Shown here: positions 55,689 through 64,000 of the stretch, one piece after another
Position numbering within the stretch: the stretch's first letter is position 1
How the letters are laid out: each line of letters starts with the position of its first letter
Assembly (NCBI GenBank): GCA_016748015.1
Contig: JAAOMT010000219.1
Coordinates: forward strand, 238,436-302,435
Direction: 5' to 3'
From: Geosiphon pyriformis uo1
Taxonomy: Eukaryota; Fungi; Glomeromycota
Length of the DNA: 64,000 nucleotides
Made by a program: the position numbers and the translations under genes
Notes under the pieces: generated by a model
The model's database searches: none
What the model saw: the letters and a program-made list of their open reading frames with translations, nothing else
Told to the model about the DNA's origin: nothing

Positions 55689-56459
55689 TAATTTTTTTTT
55701 AAAATTAAATTTTGTTAAAATCCAAGTATTGTCTATTATTTGAAAATAATAATCCAAACTTATTGAAAAAATTTGGTTTAAAAATTGTTAAAATTTTAGT
55801 TTTATAAGTTTTTTAATATATTAAATTTTTAAGAGTTGTAAAATTGGGTTTTATAAGATATTTTTACAAATATAAAATAAATTATAAAGTCTAAAAGCTG
55901 TTTTAATTTTGTAATAAGTGTTTATTGCTTTGGTTGTTGTCTTAAATTTATTATATATTGTTTTTAAATAGTTTTAAATGTAAAATTTGTTGCTTTAAAT
56001 GCCAATTTTTTTGTAAAGTGTTTTTTTAATATAAAAATATCTATAAATTAGAGAGTATTTACTGTTTTATTTATTAAAACACTATTAAAATTTTTGTTAA
56101 ACTGTAGTATTTAATAAAATATTAATAGAAACAAATAATAAATTTTTTCTTAAAGCTTATTTTAAAAGTTTTAACAAGTAAATTTTAGAATAATTTCTTG
56201 TTTTTTTTTATAAAAATAATAACTTTGTGTATTTTTTACTAAAATTATAGCAGATTTTTGTTGGTGTATAATTAATGTGTTTTTTTACTAATATAGTTAA
56301 ATCTAAGATAATCTATAACTTTTTACTATCAATATAAATTATTTTAGATGCTAGATTTAGTTTAAATTCTGCTAATTTTAGTACAATTACAATAAAACAA
56401 ATCAATATTTCTATAACTAAAAATGCTATATAATAATATAATATTACTTATTTAACAAA

Positions 56460-57085
56460 ATAATTATTAATTATATAAGTAATTAAATTAAAGTTTTAAA
56501 TTGTCCTAAATTTTAAATTATTATTGATTGTATAAATAATCAAGTCAGAGTTTTAAATTGTTTTAAGTTTTAAATTATTATTAACTTTATGAATAATTAT
56601 GTTAGAGTTTTAAATTGTCTTAAGTTCTAAATTATCATCAATTATATAAGTAATTAAGTCAGAGTTTTAAATTGTCCCAAGTTTTAAATTATTACTAATC
56701 TTATAAATAATCAAGTCAAAGTTTTAAATTGTTCCAAGTTTTAAATTATTATTAATTATATGAGTAATCAAATTAGAGTTTTAAATTGTTTCAAGTTTTA
56801 AATTATTATTAATTTTATAAGTAATTAAGTTGAAATTTTAAATTGTTTTAAGTTCTAAATTATTATTGATTATATAAATAATTAAGTCAGAGTTTCAAAT
56901 TGTTTTAAGTTCTAAATTATTATTAATTATATAAATAATTAAGTTGAAGTTTTGAATTGTTTCAAGTTCTAAATTATTATTAATTATATAAGTAATTAAG
57001 TCAAAGTTTTGATTTGGTTGAAATTTTAAATTATTATTAATTATATAAGTAATTAAGTTAGAGTTTTAAATTATTATTAATTATA
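56460..57085. repeat. 57-bp minisatellite, about 11 copies
   Basis: The TTG of AAATTG recurs at 56501, 56558, 56615 (period 57); consensus ~ATAAGTAATYAAGTCAGAGTTTTAAATTGTYYYAAGTTYTAAATTATTATTAATTAT. Confidence 0.9.
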
Positions 57086-57741
57086 TGTTATAAGTTAAAA
57101 CAACAAGCCAATAGATAGCAAAAAAAACAGAATTGTAAAGTAATAGAAATAATCAAAAAAAAATTTTCAATAAAAAAGTAAATTAAATAAGTAAAAATTT
57201 AATGTGTATAATTAGTTTCATAAAAATTACAGTTGCAAATTTTTTTGAAAATCTAAAAGTAGAAAAATATTCTATAATTGTCAACAAGATAATACTATTG
57301 CTATTATTTTATGTTTCAATTCAGCAATTTTTAAAATCAATAGCAAATATTATTGTGTTTTTCAATCATTTTTTTATTCAATAAATTATAAAAACAAAAA
57401 ATTGTTTTTTAAACTAATTCTAATAATACAAATTAAAAAAAAAAGATAAGATATATAAATATTAACAAGTAATTTTTTATTTTAAAATATTTAGATACTT
57501 GAAGATAGAAAAAAAAATAAGCAATATAAGAAAAAGTAATTAATAGTGGATTTTATTTTGTTATTTTGATCATAATTTTTTATAATTAAAGAACTTATTG
57601 CTTATATAGCTATTAAAAGTAGTTAATAACCAGATTAATAACTAAGTTAATAATCAAGTTAATAATCAAATCAATAATTAAATTAATAGTCAGATTATTA
57701 ATTATGTTAATAATTATTAAAAATAAAGTGGCTAATTATAT
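57086..57741 (-). mobile_element. Inverted family B LTR (subtype 1), interrupted by B3
   Basis: Reverse complement of the 39333-39972 LTR; no PBS beyond its end, so it is a 3' or solo LTR. Confidence 0.8.
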
Positions 57742-60065
57742 TGTTATAATTAAAACCCATACTTTTTATTAGTTATTATATGTATTACCCACTAATATTA
57801 TATAATTAGCCACACTATTTTTAAATAGTAATCATTAATCTGATTATTGACTTAGTTATTAACCACTTTTAATAGCTATATAAGTAATGGGTTTCTTAGC
57901 TATAAAAAAACATAATTAAAGTATTAAAATAAAAATCCACTATCAATTACTTTCTCTTATATTACTTATTTTTTTTTTTTTATCTTCAATTATCTGAATA
58001 TTTTAGAATAAAAGATTACTTGTTGGTATTAACATATTTTATTTTTTTCCTTTTTTGATTTATATTGTTAAAATTAGCCTAAAAAGTGATTACTTATTCT
58101 TGTAATTTATTGAATAAAAAAACAATTAAAAAACACAACAATATCTATTATTAATTCTAAAAATTACTAAGTTAAAACATAGAATAATAGTAGTGGTGTT
58201 ATCTTATTAACAATTATAAATTATTTTTCTATTTTCAGATTTTTAAAAAAGATTTGTAACTGTGATTTTTATGAAACTGATCATGCACATTGAATTCTTA
58301 TTCATTCAACTCACTCTTATATTGTAATTTTTTCTTTAATTATTTTTATTATCTTATAATTCTATTCTCCTTTGTTATTTGTTAGCTTGTTATTGTAACC
58401 CATAACATAAAAGTAGTGCTTTCTATAAAGTTGTCAAAATCTACTTTGTTTTTTATTATATGAGTGATTATTTATAACTGGCACAATAATCAAAAAAATA
58501 TTTTGAAGTACATAACAAAAATAACCTAAACTTTATTAAACTCAATTCTTTGTCTTTTTTCTTGATTTGCTTTTCCATTGAAAAACAATCTAGTAAACAA
58601 TTCCAAGACTTTTAGAACTGGCTTTTAAATAAGCATTTAGCTGAAACTTATATAGTCTATACAACTTATTACTTTAATCAAGCTTATTTTAAAGACAACT
58701 TTGAAGAAAGAAACAACAGCATCAATTAGCTTTTATATTCCATAATCTTTGAACAACAGTCTTCTGATTTCGAATATTTGAATTACCAAATTCACATCTG
58801 GATTGCTGCCTATCAGTTAGCTGAAACCCCTTTTAAAACAAAAGAAAAAAGTTATCAAACTGTTCCTGTTTTTAATCTTTTTTTAAGCAAATTAGAACAT
58901 TCTATACAAACAGCTATGCCTGAACCAATAGCTAATAATCTTATGTAAACAAACATTTTGGCCATCTTTCAGAGTATACAAATTGCTTTAGAGCAAAGAA
59001 ACAACACCTTATTACAACTATTTAAAAGTGAGGCTCAAGACTTAATTAAATGGTTAGATGATTTTGAAAGAACAGCCACTACAAATTAGTATGATACAGA
59101 ATACAAGTTCCAAATCATTGGTGGCTATCTCTAAGGCTTTTCTGCTACTTGGTTTTCACAAAAAACGAATGCCAATGTTCAACAAAAAATTATTAGATGA
59201 ACATCAGCAAATGTTAAAGAAGACAACACTTTTTTTACTACCCAGTTTGAAAACAAATTTAAAACTCCTATTTTAATCTCAAAATAGCATATGGAATTAA
59301 AAAAAAACCCAAGATCTTGGTAAAATTGTAACTAAGTATGCCAAAACAATCAAAAAGTTAATTAAGAAAATAGATTCTGGAAAAAACTAAACAGAAAGCA
59401 AAAAATTTATTCCTTTACAAAAAGATTGAGAATTAATTTTTTATATGTTCTTTGGCTCCTCTTGGCTTTAAAAAATAATTCAACAATAGATATGACTATT
59501 GAACTTGTTTAATGAATTGAAAACAATCAAAGAATACATTTGGGATTCACACTTCTAGTTTTTGTTCCTATTTTTGTTATGGCTCCTGTTCTTTAAATAG
59601 TTGCTACCTCTTTTGCTGCTCAAACTCAAAACCCAAATTAACAATTGATAAATAAATTCACAGCCAATCTTGTTTGGTTACTGGAACTCTTAGCTTAAGC
59701 AGTCAAAGATAACCAGCAACTACAAAGATTCAGATTTAAATCCCATTTTAATTAGTCCCAGCAACTCTTTTATCAAAAATGGCAAAATTGTGGCTCACTT
59801 ATATGCTACTACTGTAAATTAACTGAATACTTTTTCAGAAATTGCAACAATTTCTCATTATCCCTTCCAGCTTTTAGAAACAATAAAAATCAAAACAATA
59901 GACCCAACAACAATAATGCCCCTAATTAAAGACCTAATTATGCTAACATCAATTTCTTTGAAAAAGATCTCTTAATTAAAGCCATAATTTATCAATCTTT
60001 AAACTAATAACCACATCTTCAAAGAGTAAGAGTACAAGCCAACCAAAAGAAAACCTTTTTTATGC
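57742..60065 (+). mobile_element. Ty3/Gypsy family B, copy B3 (LTR subtype 1): 5' LTR and gag, interrupted by B4
   Basis: LTR 57742-58407, decayed PBS, and gag remnants homologous to B1/B2; preceded by ATAT. Confidence 0.85.
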
Positions 60066-60761
60066 TGTTTCAATTAAAATTTATACTTCTTATTAAATAT
60101 TATATGTATTAGTCATTGATTTCATATAAATTAGCCACTCTATTTTTAGAAAGTAATCATTGATCTAATCAATGACCTGATCGTTGACCTGATCATTAAC
60201 CTAGTTGTTGACCTGATCATTGACCACTTTTGATAACTATATAAGCAATGAATCTCTTAGCTATAGAAAAGTATGAAGAAATCAAGGAAATAAAATAAAT
60301 AAAATAATAACTTTCATCTCAATCATTCTCTTATTACTAATTTTTTTTTCCTTACCTTTAAGTATCTGAACATTTTGGGATAAAAAATTACTTGTTGGTT
60401 ATTTTTTACCCTTTTTCTGAAACGTGTAATTGCAGCATTTGAAGATTATTGAATAAAATGTGACTGAAGAGTACATTTAATAACTAATATTGAATTCTAA
60501 GAGCACCAATGTAAGGCATAAAATTATACCAGGCATAATCATTTGTTAATAGTATGGACTATTTCTTTACCTTCAGATTCTCTGGTTATTTTTGAAAAGT
60601 ATAGTAACTGAGATATTTTATGAGACTGATCTTGCATATTGAATCTATACTTATTTAATTCGCTCTTTGAAGTTGAATTCCTTTTGATTATTTCTATCAC
60701 CCTACAATCCTGTTTTTCCTTGCTATCTGTTAGCTTGTTACTCCAACTCATAACATAAAAG

Positions 60762-60780
60762 TGGTGCTCCTTGTGAGGTT
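60762..60780 (+). promoter_or_regulatory. Primer-binding site TGGTGCTCCTTGTGAGGTT
   Basis: Begins 6 nt after the LTR-terminal CA; its reverse complement AACCTCACAAGGAGCA-CCA has the form of a tRNA 3' end. Confidence 0.8.
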
Positions 60781-62348
60781 GTCAAAATCCACTTTGTTTT
60801 TTATTGTATGGGTGATTATTCATACTTGCCACAACAATCAGAAAAACACTTTGAAGCATACAACAAAAATGATCTAGACTTTATTAAACTTAATTCTTTG
60901 CCCTCCTGCTTGATTTGCTTTCTCATTGAAGAACAATCTAGCAGACAATTTCAAGACTTTTGGAACTGGTTTTTAAACAAGCATTCAGCTGAAACTTATA
61001 CAGCTTATACAATTTATTACTTTGACCAAGCTTATTTTGAAGACAACTTTGAAGGAAGAAACAACAGTATTAATTAGCTCTAATATTTTACAATCTTTAA
61101 ACAACAGCCCCCTAATTTCGAATATCTGAATTATCAAATTCATATTTGGATTGCTGCCCATCAATCAACTGAAACTTCTCTTAAAATAGAAGAAGAAAGC
61201 TATTAAACCACTTCTGTTTTTGATCTCTTTTTAAGTGAATCAGAACACTCCACACAAACAGTTACACCTGAACCAATGGCTTAAGACTTTTTACAACAAA
61301 ACATTCTGATTGCTCTCCAAGGTATACAGACTGCTTTAAGGCAAAAAAACAACATCCTATTACTATTATTCAGAGATAATGCCCAAAATCCAATTGAATG
61401 ACTGGATGATTTTGAGAAAGCTGTTACAGCAAACCAATATGATAATGAATACAAGTTCCAAATTGTTGGTGGCTACCTCCAAGACTCTCTTGCTATTTGG
61501 TTCTTACAAGAAACCAATGCCAATGCTTAGCAGAGAATTATTAGATAAACATCAGTAAATGCTGGAGAAGATAACACCTCTTTCACTATCCAGTTTGAAA
61601 CAAAATTTAGAACTCCTATCTTGATATCCAAATGGCACATGGAATTGGAAAGAAGAATTTAAGACCCAGGAAAAATAGTAATTAAATATGCTAAAGCCAT
61701 TAGAAAACTAATTAAGTGTGTAGACTCTGATAGAAATTGGACAGAAAAGCAAAAGATTTATTCTTTCACAAAAAGATTGAGAACTGATCTCTCATATGTT
61801 CTTTGGTCTCTCTTGGCTCTGAAAGATAATTTCACAATAGATATGGCCATTAAACTTGTCCAAAGAATAGAAAACAACCAAAGAATGCACCTAAGATCTA
61901 CTCTTCCAGTTTTTGCTTCTGCTCCTGCCAAGGTTTCAGCTTTACAAATGGCTGCTACCTCTTTTGCCACTCACACTCAAAACCCCAATGAACAATTAAT
62001 AGACAAACTTACTGCTAACCTTGCTTGGCTATTAGAACCATTAGCCCAAGCAGTCAGAGACAACCAGCAACCCCAAAGACCCAGATTTGAATCTCACTTC
62101 AATCAGTCCCAACAACCACTATATCAAAGACAACAAAATCATGGCCCACCTGTGTGCTATTACTGTGAACTAATTGAACACTTTTCTAGAGACTGCAACA
62201 ATTCTCCATTGCCTTCTCCAGCTCTTAGAAATAATGACACTCAGAATAACAGACCCAACAATAATAATGCTCCCAATCAAAGATCCAATCATGCCAACAT
62301 CAATTTCTTTGGAGAGGATCCCCTAGTTGAAACTACTGTTTATCAGCC

Positions 62349-62396
62349 TTTAAACTGGTAGGCACACCTCCAAAGAGTAAGAGTGCAAGCCAACCA
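62349..62396 (+). promoter_or_regulatory. -1 programmed ribosomal frameshift signal (T TTA AAC plus downstream GC-rich stem-loop) at the gag-pol junction
   Basis: Heptamer is in the correct phase 3 nt before the gag TAG; the -1 frame is the pol frame; conserved at 42275, 49160 and 59998. Confidence 0.8.
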
Positions 62397-64000
62397 AAAG
62401 AAAACTTTTTTTACACTTTTAATCTAACTGATAATGATCATGATATAAATGAACTGGCAATCAACACCTCTAACTTAACAAGAAAAAAGAAGAAAGCCAA
62501 GGTTGATTTCATTCTAAATCTCAATAAAGTCTCAACTTTTGCTGCTAACAACAATGAGCCACCAAAGGCTAAAGTTTTTAAAAATTCTCCAAAATTGAAA
62601 TCTCCAAAAATTGTACAAAAATTTGGACTCTATTTTGTTGTTAAAGATTTTATGGAAACCCCAGCACACATTATATTTGGCCAACTAATGACTCATCCAC
62701 AGTTCAGAAAAAATTTTCGCAAATCTTTAATACCAAAGAAGAAGACACCAAAAACCAACAAGTGCTCTTATCAAGCTAGATTTGCTGACAACAGCAATGT
62801 TACTTCTCTGATTTGTAAAGCCCAAGTGGCTGGTTACTTCATTGACTTGATCCTAGACAGTAGATCATCTGTTAGTGTAATTGCCAAACACTTTCTTGAA
62901 GCAATTGGCAGAAAGATTGATGAACCTTCTACAAGACTAATAACCAACATACATGGTGACAAGAAGAAAGGCCTAGGCATAGCCAAAGCTGTTCCTGTTC
63001 GCATCAATGGTATCAACATTAAAACAAACATGGAAGTATCTGAAACAAAAGAGTATACTATTATTGTTGGTAATGAGTGGCTTAAGAAAACCAAAGCACT
63101 ACTTGACTATAAACTTTGTGAGCTAACCATCAGATGTGGTGAAAAACTCATTGTGGTTAAATGCTGTCATTGGACAACTCCTCCAGCAACCCAACAGAAC
63201 CAGGAAGAAAAACAATCAGATGAATCAGATGATAATAAAAGTGATAATAAAGATCAAGAAGAACTAGAAAAAACTGCTAAACTTGCTTATATCATCTTCA
63301 CCAGCAATGGCAAACTACTGGACAATGTTAAAGCCAACAAAGAAGAAATTATGGTAAATGGCAAGCTGATCTGCTGGCCCTACTATAATATCCTTAGAAG
63401 AACTTTTGACAGAAAACCTGGCAAGAAAACCAAATACAGTTATTGGTGGCATGACCCTTGTACATAATGCTGGTGTAATAAACCTTTGTATTTACCAAGT
63501 AATGAATGCAAATCCTGTCTGATCTATTACAAAGATTGGGAACCAATTAGCTTGATACCTTAAAAAGAACTTAAAGAAGTACAAAAGTTTTTTAAGAATG
63601 AACAATCTGAAATCTAATCACTAGTTATAAAACAAAGAGAACTTTTTCCTAAAGAAAGAAAAATAGACATTGAAAATCTGTTGGCTAGAAATAGCCCAGT
63701 TATTTTAAAAGAAAATAACACTCCTGGACAAACCCATGTAATACAACAGACCATCATCACCAAAGAAACTCACCCCATCTATTTAAAGCCTTATCAATCC
63801 AATTGACATAATAATAAGTTTATTAAGAAAGAGATAAACCGGATGAAAGATCTTGGATTCATGTAAGAAACCAAGAATGAATGGGCTTTTTTAGTTGTAG
63901 TAGTATCCAAAAAAGGTAGAATCCTATGCTTCTGTGTTGACTACTACCAACTAAATACCATTACTATAAAAGACATATACCCATTTCCCAAAATTGATGC

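Larger units (their letters stand above)
60066..64000 (+). mobile_element. Ty3/Gypsy family B, copy B4 (LTR subtype 2), least decayed; runs off the window
   Basis: LTR 60066-60755, PBS 60762-60780, gag with CYYCELIEHFSRDC knuckle, protease (62595-63467 ORF), start of RT (FCVDY). Confidence 0.9.

Noticed and set aside
55689-56460. Possible additional TE or gene remnant
   Set aside because: Too eroded; no motif or in-window homology could be recognised.
56460-57085. Possible CRISPR array
   Set aside because: Units are contiguous tandem copies with no unique spacers, there are no cas genes, and the context is eukaryotic.
60539-60751. Antisense ORF inside the family B LTR
   Set aside because: The frame is broken by indels and stops in the other LTR subtype and copies, so there is no evidence of coding constraint.

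Overview
Eukaryotic (fungal) genomic DNA, AT-rich with short introns. The gene set and retroelement families suggest Mucoromycota/Glomeromycotina, possibly Geosiphon-like; this is inference only. The window has three blocks. (1) 1-12,050: decayed transposons, with a minus-strand Ty3/Gypsy element carrying a dUTPase inserted into an RT+RNase H LINE, followed by AT-rich relics. (2) 12,650-38,900: a compact CpG-retaining island of 13 intron-containing genes: SAM synthetase, PCNA, SNAPC3, p24/EMP24, EDEM/MNL1, APRT, a multi-LOTUS protein, GPI12, an Ies4-like protein, RMP1-like, an SPX-M14 deacylase fusion, MPC1 and an ORP/Osh. (3) 39,300-64,000: a nest of a second Ty3/Gypsy family (four copies plus an inverted LTR, two LTR subtypes, 4-bp TSDs, a tRNA PBS, a U-UUA-AAC -1 frameshift signal and a third ORF), plus a 57-bp minisatellite. 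The most notable finding is a gene fusing an inositol-pyrophosphate-sensing SPX domain to a succinylglutamate desuccinylase/aspartoacylase (M14) domain with all catalytic motifs present. All exon structures were inferred by eye from splice signals and family motifs.
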